A stretch of DNA of 64,000 nucleotides from an uncultured Pelagibacteraceae bacterium (GTDB lineage: Bacteria > Pseudomonadota > Alphaproteobacteria > Pelagibacterales > AG-422-B15): positions 48,891 through 112,890 of the forward strand of contig CABYIR010000002.1 in NCBI GenBank assembly GCA_902518955.1, written 5' to 3'. Position numbers and translations under genes: made by a program. Each line of letters starts with the position of its first letter. The first letter of the stretch is position 1. The notes under the pieces were generated by a model. The model saw only the letters and a program-made list of their open reading frames with translations. It did not search any database and had not been told where the DNA came from. Shown in pieces: positions 41,372-51,270 of this stretch.

Positions 41372-42289
41372 GTGAACGTCCATCTTATACTTGAAAACTT
41401 TTTAGAAGTACTAGCTTCTGAAAAAGGTTTAGCATTTAACACAAGAATGTCATATAAAAATGATATTCTTCAGTTTTCAGTTTTTCTTGAAAAAAATAAA
41501 AAAAAAATAAATGAAATTACGTCAATTGATATTGAAAAATTTATATCAAAATTTACAACTCAAGGTTTAGAAAAATCAACTATATCAAGAAAGATGTCTG
41601 CGTTGAGTCATTTTTTCATTTTCTTATTAGAAGAAAATATCATCAAAAAAAATCCTATTAATGAATTAGATCTTCCTAAACAAATAAAAAAATTACCTAA
41701 AATTTTATCAGTTGATCAAGTTGAAAAATTAATCAAATCTTCTCGTGAAGATCAGTCAATAAATGGAATTAGATTGAATACAATGATTGAAATATTATAC
41801 GCTACTGGTATTCGAGTCTCAGAACTTGTTGAAATGAAATTATCAGCAACATATGCAGAGAAAAATTTTCTTCTTGTACAAGGAAAAGGTAATAAAGAGA
41901 GACTGGTACCAATTAGTGAAAATACAGAAAATAAGATTAAAGACTATTTGAAGATAAGAAACAAATTTATAAATAATGACACTGAGTCAAAATGGTTATT
42001 TCCATCAAAGCAATCATCGAAAGGCCATATAACGCGCCAGAGGTTTAATCAGTTACTGCAAACTTTATGTGAAAGAGTTAATTTAAATAATATTAGAATA
42101 AGTCCTCATAAACTAAGGCATGCATTTGCTACTCATCTTCTCGCAAATGGCGTAGATCTAAGATCATTACAACAAATGTTGGGTCACGCAGATATATCAA
42201 CCACTCAAATTTATACTCATGTACTTAAAGATAGACTTAAAAAATTAGTATCAGATAATCATCCATTATCTAAAATTGAAATCAATTGA
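41372..42289 (+). CDS. xerD: Tyrosine recombinase XerD
   Basis: YATGIRVSEL, GKG.KER, SPH.LRHAFATHLL, LGHADISTTQIYTH. Confidence 0.92.
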   Translation: MNVHLILENFLEVLASEKGLAFNTRMSYKNDILQFSVFLEKNKKKINEITSIDIEKFISKFTTQGLEKSTISRKMSALSHFFIFLLEENIIKKNPINELDLPKQIKKLPKILSVDQVEKLIKSSREDQSINGIRLNTMIEILYATGIRVSELVEMKLSATYAEKNFLLVQGKGNKERLVPISENTENKIKDYLKIRNKFINNDTESKWLFPSKQSSKGHITRQRFNQLLQTLCERVNLNNIRISPHKLRHAFATHLLANGVDLRSLQQMLGHADISTTQIYTHVLKDRLKKLVSDNHPLSKIEIN

Positions 42290-42339
42290 TATCTATATTT
42301 ACTTGATATTTTAAAACTTAGATGATAATCAAATAAATT

Positions 42340-43317
42340 ATGAGTTTTTCAGAATTAAAAACAGTCAGAACAAGATTAAATAGATCTGAGCTTTTTGTGC
42401 CAGGGTCTAAGCCCGAACTTTTTGAAAAGGCCGTCAGCAGTAATGCAGATGTAATTTGTATTGATCTTGAGGACGCAGTTGCTCCCCAAGATAAAGATCA
42501 GGCCAAAAAAAATATCATTTCAGCACTTAATGATTTTGATTTTGGCAAAAAAACAATTTCTATTAGGATTAATGGTCTTGATACAACTTATTGTTATCGA
42601 GATGTAATCGACGTTATGGAAAATTCTGGCGAAAGGCTTGATTTAATAATGATACCAAAAGTAGGTGTCCCAGAAGACTGCTATGCAATTGACATGTTGG
42701 TTACACAAATTGAAAATAAGATCGAAAGAAATAAAAAAATTGGTTTTGAATTAATCGTTGAGACTTCACTAGGAATTACAAATTTAGATAATATTATTAC
42801 TGGTAGCAAAAGAATAGAGTCACTTCATTTTGGATATGCTGACTATGCTGCATCTGTTCGAATGAGAACAACTAATATAGGTGGACCAAATCCAGACTAC
42901 GTCACCCTTACAGATGAAATAGATGGAAATAGAGAAAAACATTGGAATGACTTGTGGCATTATCCTGTTTCTAAAATGACAACAATTGGTCGCGCACATG
43001 GACTGAGAATAATTGACGGTCCTTTTGGAGACTTTTCAGATCCTGATGGCTTTATTGCACATGCAAAAAGAACAGCAATTTTAGGCTGTGAAGGAAAATG
43101 GGCTATTCATCCAAGTCAAGTTGATCTAGCTAATGAAGTATTTACCTTACCTGAAGCAGAAGTAATAAAAGCAAGAGAAATTTTAAAAGCCATGAAAAGT
43201 GCTCAGGAGTCAGGTGCTGGAGCGGCAACATTGAATGGAAAATTAATTGATGCGGCCTCTGTCAGACAAGCTGAACAAATAATTACACAAACTGAATTAA
43301 TCGAGTCTCAAAGTTAA
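42340..43317 (+). CDS. mcl1: Malyl-CoA/beta-methylmalyl-CoA lyase (CitE family)
   Basis: RLNRSELFVPGS, DLEDAVAP, DGPFGDFSD, GCEGKWAIHPSQ. Confidence 0.85.
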   Translation: MSFSELKTVRTRLNRSELFVPGSKPELFEKAVSSNADVICIDLEDAVAPQDKDQAKKNIISALNDFDFGKKTISIRINGLDTTYCYRDVIDVMENSGERLDLIMIPKVGVPEDCYAIDMLVTQIENKIERNKKIGFELIVETSLGITNLDNIITGSKRIESLHFGYADYAASVRMRTTNIGGPNPDYVTLTDEIDGNREKHWNDLWHYPVSKMTTIGRAHGLRIIDGPFGDFSDPDGFIAHAKRTAILGCEGKWAIHPSQVDLANEVFTLPEAEVIKAREILKAMKSAQESGAGAATLNGKLIDAASVRQAEQIITQTELIESQS

Positions 43318-43334
43318 ATGGCATAATTAAATCT

Positions 43335-44444
43335 ATGAATACATATTTAGATTTTGAAAAGCCAATAGAATCCTTAGATTCACGTATTTTAGAACTGAAA
43401 AGTTTAAATGAGAGTAATCCATCTGATCTACTAGTTGACGAAATACAAGAGATTGAAAATCAAATAAATACTTCATACGAGAAGATTTTTTCAAGTATTA
43501 CACCCTGGCAAAGAACGCAAATTTCCAGACACCCTCAAAGACCAAAGACAAGAGATTATATCGAAAATCTTATAACAGATTTTTATCCACTTTCTGGAGA
43601 TAGAGCATTTTCTGAAGATAAAGCAATTATGGGTGGATTTGGAAAGTTTAGAGGGCAATCAGTTTTAGTTATGGGGCATGAAAAAGGTCATGATACCTAC
43701 TCAAGAATTGAGCATAATTTTGGAATGCCAAAACCAGAAGGCTATAGAAAAGCTCAAAGACTAATGAAACTTGCCGAACATTTTGATATTCCTGTTATTT
43801 CTTTTGTGGATACTCCTGGCGCTTATTCGGGCTTAGGTGCCGAGCAAAGAGGTCAATCAGAGGCTATAGCAAGAACGACTGAATGCTGCCTATCGCTTGA
43901 TGTTCCGATAGTCGTAGTCATTATTGGTGAAGGTGGATCAGGTGGTGCCGTTGCAATTGGTACAGGAAACAATGTTCTTATGCTCGAAAACTCAGTATAT
44001 TCTGTAATATCCCCAGAGGGGTGCTCATCAATATTATGGAAAGATACTTCTAAAACTGCAGAGGCAGCAGAAGCTTTAAAGTTAACTGCTTCAGATATGC
44101 TTAAAATTGATGTAATTGATAAAATAATTCCCGAGCCAATTGGTGGTGCTCACAGACATCACTTAGTTACAATAAATAATACTGGTGATGCAATCGAAAA
44201 CTGCTTAAATGTTCTTTCAAACCAACATGGAAACGAATTAAAACACTCTCGTCAGGAAAGATACCTACAGATAGGAAGACTAGGCTTATTTAGCGAAAAA
44301 ACCACTACAGCTAATGAGGTTTTAGATAATAAGTATGGAAAGTCTCGTCCACAACAACCTTTTTATCTAAATACAAAAAATCAGATCTTTTTTTTAATTT
44401 TTGTAACTTTAATAATTTTTTTTTCTTACTGGCTTTTTAATTAA
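43335..44444 (+). CDS. accA: Acetyl-CoA carboxylase carboxyltransferase alpha with C-terminal TM extension
   Basis: YLDFEKP, RHP.RP, DTPGAY, GEGGSGGA, YSVISPEGC. Confidence 0.96.
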   Translation: MNTYLDFEKPIESLDSRILELKSLNESNPSDLLVDEIQEIENQINTSYEKIFSSITPWQRTQISRHPQRPKTRDYIENLITDFYPLSGDRAFSEDKAIMGGFGKFRGQSVLVMGHEKGHDTYSRIEHNFGMPKPEGYRKAQRLMKLAEHFDIPVISFVDTPGAYSGLGAEQRGQSEAIARTTECCLSLDVPIVVVIIGEGGSGGAVAIGTGNNVLMLENSVYSVISPEGCSSILWKDTSKTAEAAEALKLTASDMLKIDVIDKIIPEPIGGAHRHHLVTINNTGDAIENCLNVLSNQHGNELKHSRQERYLQIGRLGLFSEKTTTANEVLDNKYGKSRPQQPFYLNTKNQIFFLIFVTLIIFFSYWLFN

Positions 44445-44450
44445 AATATT

Positions 44451-45347
44451 TTAGGTTTTTTTATTTACTTGAATACGACTTATGCCTATTCCTGTGATGA
44501 CAAGTGCTACTGAAACTATTAATGAATAACCTATTTTCTCATCAAGTAAAATCCATCCATAAAATACTCCAAATACTGGAATTATATATCCTACCTGCAT
44601 CATAAATGTCGATCCAGCATTTCTAATTAATACTTGGCGTAAACTAAAAGCAAATCCAGTTGGTATAATGCCCAGATATAATAATGCTAGAAATGGTATC
44701 CATTTAAAGTCTATATTTTGAAAGTTTCCAAATATTAGCATCAGAGGAATTAGCCATATAGTACCCCAAAATAAAGTATTCATTGTAACCATATCAGATG
44801 GCAAATTTGAAATTTTTCTTATTATAAGATTTGAAATCACGTAGCTTGAAGCTCCAATGTAAATTGATAATGCTGCAATAAGAGAGTCCAAATCACTAAC
44901 AAATACTTCAACACCAACAGCGAAAATTACACCTGAAAATCCTATTATACTTCCTATCACTTTTCTTAAAGAGAGTTTTTCGTCAATAGTAAAATAATGA
45001 GCCAATATAAGAGCTAAAAAGGGGTTTGCAGATAAAATTATAACTCCAATATTACTTGGTAAAGAAATTAATCCATATGGTAAAAGTGTAAATGGTACAG
45101 ATGCATTTAAAAAACCGACAAGACTATAAGTTTTCGTATTTTTACTTATTATTTTGATTGATCCTTTTCTGAGCTTCACAGCACAAAATAAGAAAAGTGA
45201 CCCAATAAATGTTCGATAAAAACCTACTTCAATTGGATTAAAGATTTCATTTGAAAATTTTATTGCTACAAATGATGCTGCCCAAATAGCGCCAAGAAAC
45301 ACTAATAAGCTATAATTATTAAATTCAGATGAGAAATTTTTAGACAT
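44451..45347 (-). CDS. DMT/EamA family transporter
   Basis: About 10 TM helices, IW..SF, two EamA repeats ending in EK. Confidence 0.9.
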   Translation of the reverse strand: MSKNFSSEFNNYSLLVFLGAIWAASFVAIKFSNEIFNPIEVGFYRTFIGSLFLFCAVKLRKGSIKIISKNTKTYSLVGFLNASVPFTLLPYGLISLPSNIGVIILSANPFLALILAHYFTIDEKLSLRKVIGSIIGFSGVIFAVGVEVFVSDLDSLIAALSIYIGASSYVISNLIIRKISNLPSDMVTMNTLFWGTIWLIPLMLIFGNFQNIDFKWIPFLALLYLGIIPTGFAFSLRQVLIRNAGSTFMMQVGYIIPVFGVFYGWILLDEKIGYSLIVSVALVITGIGISRIQVNKKT

Positions 45348-45351
45348 ATGA

Positions 45352-46092
45352 TTAGATAAGCTCTTTTATTTTTGTAAATAGAATTTCTAAATCTTCTTGT
45401 CTTGATAAATTATGATCACCATCCTCAATAATCGTAAGAGATTTATCTGAAGTAGATAATTGTTCGATTATTTTTTCAGAAACATTATAAGCAATAACTT
45501 TGTCTAATTTGCCGTGCAATAGTCTAACTGGGCAAGTAATCTTTATTTCATCATTTAGTATTTCATGTTGAAAACCATCTTTTACAAATTCATAAAAAAC
45601 TTCATAGTCTCCATAATCATTATCAGGAAATAAAATTGAACCATTTGATTTAAATTCTTCTTTTTCTGTCTCCGAGAGTTTATCCCACTCATTTTTTGTA
45701 AAATCTGGAGCTGAGGCAATGCCAATAAGTCCATTAACATCTATATTTTTAAGCGCAGTTAATAACGCAATCCATCCACCCATGCTAGATCCAATAATAA
45801 TATTTTTCTTTGACCTAAACTTTTCAAAAAAGAATTCAGCTTCACCTAACCACTTTGATAGAGTTCCCTTGCCTAAATCACCAGATGATTGACCGTGTCC
45901 AGAATAATCAAATCTTAGATAATTTATACCATTTGACTTTGTCCAATTATTTAGAGCAATTGCCTTTGTACCTGTCATATCTGAACTATATCCACCAAAA
46001 AAAAATATCGTGGTATCTGATTTTAAATCATTAAAATAATACGCAAGCATCTCATTGTTTACGTCTTGTAAATGATGTATTTTATTGTTCAT
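45352..46092 (-). CDS. Alpha/beta hydrolase
   Basis: SDM.GTKA, RFDYSGHG.S, GSSMGGW, GDH.LSR. Confidence 0.9.
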   Translation of the reverse strand: MNNKIHHLQDVNNEMLAYYFNDLKSDTTIFFFGGYSSDMTGTKAIALNNWTKSNGINYLRFDYSGHGQSSGDLGKGTLSKWLGEAEFFFEKFRSKKNIIIGSSMGGWIALLTALKNIDVNGLIGIASAPDFTKNEWDKLSETEKEEFKSNGSILFPDNDYGDYEVFYEFVKDGFQHEILNDEIKITCPVRLLHGKLDKVIAYNVSEKIIEQLSTSDKSLTIIEDGDHNLSRQEDLEILFTKIKELI

Positions 46093-46132
46093 AATATTTT
46101 ACTATATGGCATTTAACTATTAGAGCAATTTT

Positions 46133-47275
46133 ATGCAATCAAAATTATCAGTATTGCAAGTTATTCCCAATTTAAATGTATCAGGAGCTGAACAAGGTTG
46201 TATTGATGTAGCAAACTATCTTATAGACAATAATTATGACTCTTATGTTTTAACTAGCGCAGGATCTAAAATTAAAGAAGTAGAGAAAAATGGTACAAAA
46301 GTAATTCTAGGACCAGTAGATTCAAAGAACCCATTTGTTATTTTTAAAAATATTTTTTTAATTATTAGTAATATAAAAAAATACAATATAAAAATTATTC
46401 ACGTCAGAAGTAGAGCTCCAGCGTGGAGTGTTTTTTTTGTATCAAAATTTATAGATGTAAAATGTATTTCAACATTCCATGGCACATATAATTTTAGAGG
46501 GTATTTAAAAAAATTATATAACTCTGTAATGCTCAGAATGAATGGAACGATAGCAATATCAAATTTTATTCATGATCATATAAATGAAAATTATAGTTTT
46601 AAAAAAAATCCTATCCAAACTATTGAAAGAGGTATTGACCTAAATTTTTTTGACCCAAAATCAATTTCAAAGAATGATATAAAAAATGCAATAAAAAATT
46701 ATGATCTAAAAGAAGACTCTATTAAAATATTATTACCAGCTAGGGTTACTGAGTGGAAAGGCCATTTAATCCTTGTTGATGCAGTTTCTCAATTATTAGA
46801 AAAAAAAGTATTAAATATAGAGGTTCTTTTCTTTGGCCCTGACCAAAATAAATTATTGAAAGAAAAAATAAATAATTTAATTAGATATAAAAATTTACAA
46901 CATATAATTAAATTTTATGGTCCTACTAATAAAATGAATTTAATTTATGCCTTATCAGATATTGTAATTTCATCGTCAACTGATCCCGAAGCATTTGGAA
47001 GAGTATCAATAGAGGCTCAAGCTATGGGCAAGATTATTATTGCAAGTGCTCATGGGGGTTCACAGGAAACTATAATTGAGGGTAAGACTGGTTATTTATA
47101 TTCCCCTAAAGAACCATTTGAATTAATGAAAAAAATTTCAAGTGTGATTGATAAAAAAACATATTGTTCAAACGAAATGTCGGCATCAGCCATAAAGCAC
47201 ATTAAAAGCTATTATGGAAAAGATAAAATGTGCAAGAAGACATTAGAATTTTATCAAGAAATAATCAGTCAATAA
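46133..47275 (+). CDS. Glycosyltransferase family 4
   Basis: HVRSRAPAW, T.HG.Y, EAFGRV..EAQAMG. Confidence 0.9.
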   Translation: MQSKLSVLQVIPNLNVSGAEQGCIDVANYLIDNNYDSYVLTSAGSKIKEVEKNGTKVILGPVDSKNPFVIFKNIFLIISNIKKYNIKIIHVRSRAPAWSVFFVSKFIDVKCISTFHGTYNFRGYLKKLYNSVMLRMNGTIAISNFIHDHINENYSFKKNPIQTIERGIDLNFFDPKSISKNDIKNAIKNYDLKEDSIKILLPARVTEWKGHLILVDAVSQLLEKKVLNIEVLFFGPDQNKLLKEKINNLIRYKNLQHIIKFYGPTNKMNLIYALSDIVISSSTDPEAFGRVSIEAQAMGKIIIASAHGGSQETIIEGKTGYLYSPKEPFELMKKISSVIDKKTYCSNEMSASAIKHIKSYYGKDKMCKKTLEFYQEIISQ

Positions 47276-47278
47276 TTG

Positions 47279-48217
47279 ATGAAAAATATTTTAGTTATTA
47301 AACATGGTTCATTAGGCGATATGGTTCAGATAAGTGGAGTTTTAAAGGACCTAAAAAACTCATTTATTGATTATAAGATTTCACTTTTGACTACCTCTTT
47401 ATACCAAGAATTAATGAGTAAATGCCCGTATATAGATGATATTATCTTAGATGATCGAAAGATAAAATGGAATCCTCTAGTATTTTTGAGATTAAAAAAG
47501 AAATTAAATAAGTTAAATTTCTCTTATGTTTTTGATTTTCAGAATTCAAATAGAACAGAAATCTATAGAAAATATATATCTAAAAATTCAATATGGTCAT
47601 CTTCAAGAACAATTCTAAAAGAAACAGAAAAAAAAAAAGAATTTGATAAACTTGCAATACTAGAAAGGTTTAAAATTCAATTAGAGCGCTCAAATGTAAC
47701 TCCAACTTACACTATGCAACCTGACTTTTCATGGGCTATTGATAATAATTTCTGGCCTAAGGAAATTATTTCTAAAAAATATATAACTCTTCTTCCATTT
47801 TGTTCTAAGCATTTACCACATAAAAAATGGCCTTTTTATAATGAATTAATAAGCATGATCAGAAAAGAAAATAAAAATATAGAAATAGTTATTGTCCCAG
47901 GTCCAGGAGAAGTTTTCGAAGCATCTTCATTTGACGCGCAAATTATTTTAGATCGAAATCAGCCAACAAATTTTTTTCAGTTGGCAAAAATATTATCTGA
48001 GTCACTTTTTGTTGTTTCAAATGATACTGGACCTGCTCACATTGCAGCGCATTTAGGTTGCAGTGGCTTAGCCTTATTTGGCTCCCATACAAGTTCTCGT
48101 AAAGTAAGCATTAAAACTGATCATTTTGATGTAATAGAGTCTAAAGATCTAAATGATATATCTGTAAATCAAGTTTTTAATAAAATTCAGTTACATTTAC
48201 AGCTTGAAGATATATAG
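47279..48217 (+). CDS. Glycosyltransferase family 9 (heptosyltransferase-like)
   Basis: IKHGSLGD, K.WP, NDTGPAHIAA. Confidence 0.88.
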   Translation: MKNILVIKHGSLGDMVQISGVLKDLKNSFIDYKISLLTTSLYQELMSKCPYIDDIILDDRKIKWNPLVFLRLKKKLNKLNFSYVFDFQNSNRTEIYRKYISKNSIWSSSRTILKETEKKKEFDKLAILERFKIQLERSNVTPTYTMQPDFSWAIDNNFWPKEIISKKYITLLPFCSKHLPHKKWPFYNELISMIRKENKNIEIVIVPGPGEVFEASSFDAQIILDRNQPTNFFQLAKILSESLFVVSNDTGPAHIAAHLGCSGLALFGSHTSSRKVSIKTDHFDVIESKDLNDISVNQVFNKIQLHLQLEDI

Positions 48218-48241
48218 AGTGTGTGAATAATACCTACTAAA

Positions 48242-49975
48242 ATGAGTAATAAAAAGCATATAGAAACTTTAAGACATGACACTGCCCATATAATGGCGAT
48301 GGCAGTTCAGGAACTATTTCCAGAAACTCAAGTCACAATTGGTCCTGTAATTGAAAATGGCTTCTTTTATGACTTTGCAAGAGACAACCCCTTCACTGAT
48401 AGTGACCTTGAAATTATTGAAAAAAAAATGAAAGAAATAGTAAAGCGTGATGTTAAGACTTCATTTAGAGTTCTTTCAAGAGAAGATGCAATTAAACTTT
48501 TTCTCGATAAAGGTGAAAAATATAAAGTTGAAATAATAGAAAGCCTTCCTTCTGATGAAGAGATTAAAGTTTACTTTCATGGAGATTGGTTTGATTTGTG
48601 TAGAGGACCCCATTTAAATTCTTCGGGGGAAATTGGAACAGCGTTTAAATTAACTAAAGTGGCTGGAGCATACTGGCGCGGGGACTCTAATAATCCAATG
48701 TTACAAAGAATTTATGGAACAGCTTGGGAAACTCAAGAAGAGCTAGATAACTATCTCCACATGCTTGAAGAAGCTGAGAAAAGAGATCATAGAAAGCTTG
48801 GAAAAGAATTAGATTTATTTCATTTTCAAGAAGAAGCACCAGGAAGTGTGTTTTGGCATGCAAAGGGTTGGACACTTTTTCAGTCACTAATAAATTATAT
48901 GAGAAAGAGACAGGATGAAGCAGGATATTCTGAAATTAATACTCCAGATATCATGGACAAATCTCTATGGGAACTTTCTGGACATTTAGAAAAATTTGGA
49001 GACAACATGTTTACAACCGAGGCTAGAGAAGATCGAGTTTATGCACTTAAGCCGATGAATTGTCCTGGTTGTATTCAGGTTTACAAACAGGGTTTAAAAA
49101 GTTATCGAGATCTACCACTTCGAGTTGCAGAATTTGGCAAAGTACATAGATACGAACCCTCTGGAGCTTTGCATGGATTAATGCGTGTTAGAGCATTTAC
49201 TCAAGATGATGCTCATATTTTTTGCACAGAAGATCAAATTACTGATGAAAGTCAGATAGTTTGTGATTTGATTTTAAGTATCTATAAAGATTTTGGGTTT
49301 GAAGATGTTTCAATCAAGTTCTCTGACAGACCGGAAAATAGAGTTGGAAGTGATGAGATATGGGATAAGTCTGAGAAGGCTCTAAGAACAGCCATGGAAG
49401 CAACTGGATTAGATTATACAGTTAATCCTGGAGAAGGAGCATTTTATGGTCCTAAATTAGAGTTTGTATTGAGAGATGCAATAGGAAGAGAGTGGCAGTG
49501 TGGAACTCTACAAGTTGACTTAAATATGCCGGAGAGATTAGGTGGAACTTTTATTGCTGAAGATGGTAAGAAATATCACCCTGTTATGCTTCATAGAGCC
49601 TTATTTGGATCACTAGAGAGATTTACTGGCATTCTTCTTGAACATTATGCTGGAAATCTTCCGCTCTGGCTAAGCCCAGTTCAAGCTGTTGTAGCTCCAA
49701 TTACATCTGAAATTGATGACTATGCTGTGGAAATACAGGAAACATTGAAAAGCTCAGGTTTCAGAGTTGAAATGGATCTAAGAAACGAAAAAATAAGTTA
49801 TAAGATAAGAGAAAACTCACTTCAAAAAATTCCTTTTTTATTGATTGTAGGAAAAAAAGAAATGGAAGAGAAATCTGTAACCCTCAGGACATTTGGCAGT
49901 AAGGATCAGGAAAAAATAAAACTTGATAATTTAACTGATTTTTTTGAAAAAAAATGTATTATTCCAGGTCATTAA
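48242..49975 (+). CDS. thrS: Threonine--tRNA ligase lacking the N-terminal TGS domain
   Basis: [34 protein letters not shown]. Confidence 0.97.
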   Translation: MSNKKHIETLRHDTAHIMAMAVQELFPETQVTIGPVIENGFFYDFARDNPFTDSDLEIIEKKMKEIVKRDVKTSFRVLSREDAIKLFLDKGEKYKVEIIESLPSDEEIKVYFHGDWFDLCRGPHLNSSGEIGTAFKLTKVAGAYWRGDSNNPMLQRIYGTAWETQEELDNYLHMLEEAEKRDHRKLGKELDLFHFQEEAPGSVFWHAKGWTLFQSLINYMRKRQDEAGYSEINTPDIMDKSLWELSGHLEKFGDNMFTTEAREDRVYALKPMNCPGCIQVYKQGLKSYRDLPLRVAEFGKVHRYEPSGALHGLMRVRAFTQDDAHIFCTEDQITDESQIVCDLILSIYKDFGFEDVSIKFSDRPENRVGSDEIWDKSEKALRTAMEATGLDYTVNPGEGAFYGPKLEFVLRDAIGREWQCGTLQVDLNMPERLGGTFIAEDGKKYHPVMLHRALFGSLERFTGILLEHYAGNLPLWLSPVQAVVAPITSEIDDYAVEIQETLKSSGFRVEMDLRNEKISYKIRENSLQKIPFLLIVGKKEMEEKSVTLRTFGSKDQEKIKLDNLTDFFEKKCIIPGH

Positions 49976-49995
49976 AATAAGTACAGGAGTTTAAA

Positions 49996-50544
49996 ATAGT
50001 AGTTCAAAAAAATAATAATAGGTTTCAATCAAACAAGAAAGAACCAAAACTCCGAGTCAATGAAAGAATCACAACAGACACAGTTAGATTAATTGATGAA
50101 AAAGGTGAGAACTTAGGTGTTATAAATACCCAAGAGGCAATTCAAAAAGCAACAGAAGTTGGACTTGACTTAGTAGAAGTTTCTCCAAATGTGGATCCAC
50201 CTGTTTGTAAAATTTTGGATTTTGGTAAGTTTAAATATCAAGCTCAGAAGAAGGCTAGTACCGCTAAGAAGAAGCAGAAGGAAATTACCTTAAAAGAGGT
50301 TAAAATGAGGCCTGGTATTGACGTACATGATTATAAGTTTAAGGTAAAAGCTGCACAAAAATTTATTTCAGCTGGCGATAAAGTGAAATTCACCCTTCGA
50401 TTTAAAGGTAGAGAATTTGAGCATCATGACTTAGCCCATAATCTTATGGGCCGAATAAGAGAGGATATGGAGTCTGTAAGCAAAGTCGAGCAGGAACCTA
50501 AGCTTGAAGGTCGACAATTTACAATGATTTTTGTAGCTAACTGA
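49996..50544 (+). CDS. infC: Translation initiation factor IF-3, non-canonical ATA start
   Basis: Frame extends upstream of the ORF-track start (RVNERI....VRLIDEKGE) to ATA at 49996, 6 nt after AGGAG; in-frame TAA at 49978. Confidence 0.9.
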   Translation: MVVQKNNNRFQSNKKEPKLRVNERITTDTVRLIDEKGENLGVINTQEAIQKATEVGLDLVEVSPNVDPPVCKILDFGKFKYQAQKKASTAKKKQKEITLKEVKMRPGIDVHDYKFKVKAAQKFISAGDKVKFTLRFKGREFEHHDLAHNLMGRIREDMESVSKVEQEPKLEGRQFTMIFVAN

Positions 50545-50580
50545 GCAATAAGCATCAGGAATTACTTGGTTAAAAAGATT

Positions 50581-50609
50581 TTGCTTTTTTTTAGGCAAAA
50601 CGCTATAAC
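50581..50609 (+). promoter_or_regulatory. Putative sigma70 promoter of rpmI-rplT
   Basis: TTGCTT-17nt-TATAAC. Confidence 0.5.
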
Positions 50610-50626
50610 ACGCAATTATTATCAAT

Positions 50627-50824
50627 ATGAGTAAACTAAAAACAAAGAAAAGTGCTAGTAAGAGGTTTAAATTAACGGCCTCTGGAAAAGTTAAATCATA
50701 TCAGGCTGGTAAAGCCCACGGTATGATCAAACGCACGAATACACAAATTCGCAATCAGAGAGGTTCGACAATTTTATCTGACCAAGATGCTCGTATTGTA
50801 AAAAAATTTTTACCATACGGATAA
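50627..50824 (+). CDS. rpmI: 50S ribosomal protein L35
   Basis: [21 protein letters not shown]. Confidence 0.96.
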   Translation: MSKLKTKKSASKRFKLTASGKVKSYQAGKAHGMIKRTNTQIRNQRGSTILSDQDARIVKKFLPYG

Positions 50825-50846
50825 GAATATTTAATTAAGAGAGTTT

Positions 50847-51203
50847 ATGGCAAGAGTAAAAAGAGGTGTCAGTACACACGCAAAACATAAAAAAGTCATT
50901 AAGCAAGCTAAAGGTTTTCGCGGCAGAAGGAAGAATACTTTTAAAGTAGCTAAACAAGCTGTTGAAAAATCAATGCAGTATGCTTATAGGGATCGCAAAG
51001 TGAAGAAAAGAGAGTTTAGATCTCTATGGCTCCAAAGAATCAATGCTGGCACACGTGAGATGGGTGTTTCTTACTCAGTATTTATAAACGGTTTAAAAAA
51101 ATTGAATGTAGATATTGATAGAAAAATGCTTGCTGAGCTTGCTATGCATGAGCCTAGTTCGTTTAAATTCCTAGTAGAAAAAGCTAAGACTGCTACAAAG
51201 TAA
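50847..51203 (+). CDS. rplT: 50S ribosomal protein L20
   Basis: MARVKRG, YAYRDR..KKR.FR.LW..RINA. Confidence 0.97.
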   Translation: MARVKRGVSTHAKHKKVIKQAKGFRGRRKNTFKVAKQAVEKSMQYAYRDRKVKKREFRSLWLQRINAGTREMGVSYSVFINGLKKLNVDIDRKMLAELAMHEPSSFKFLVEKAKTATK

Positions 51204-51270
51204 TTTTAATTCCTCTAAATTATAGATTACTATTACCGCTTAAATCTAAATCTGATATTGTCTTGTAAGA

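Noticed and set aside
41372..42289. Tyrosine recombinase as a phage or island integrase
   Set aside because: It has XerD-type sequence and housekeeping context, with no att repeats or cargo genes.
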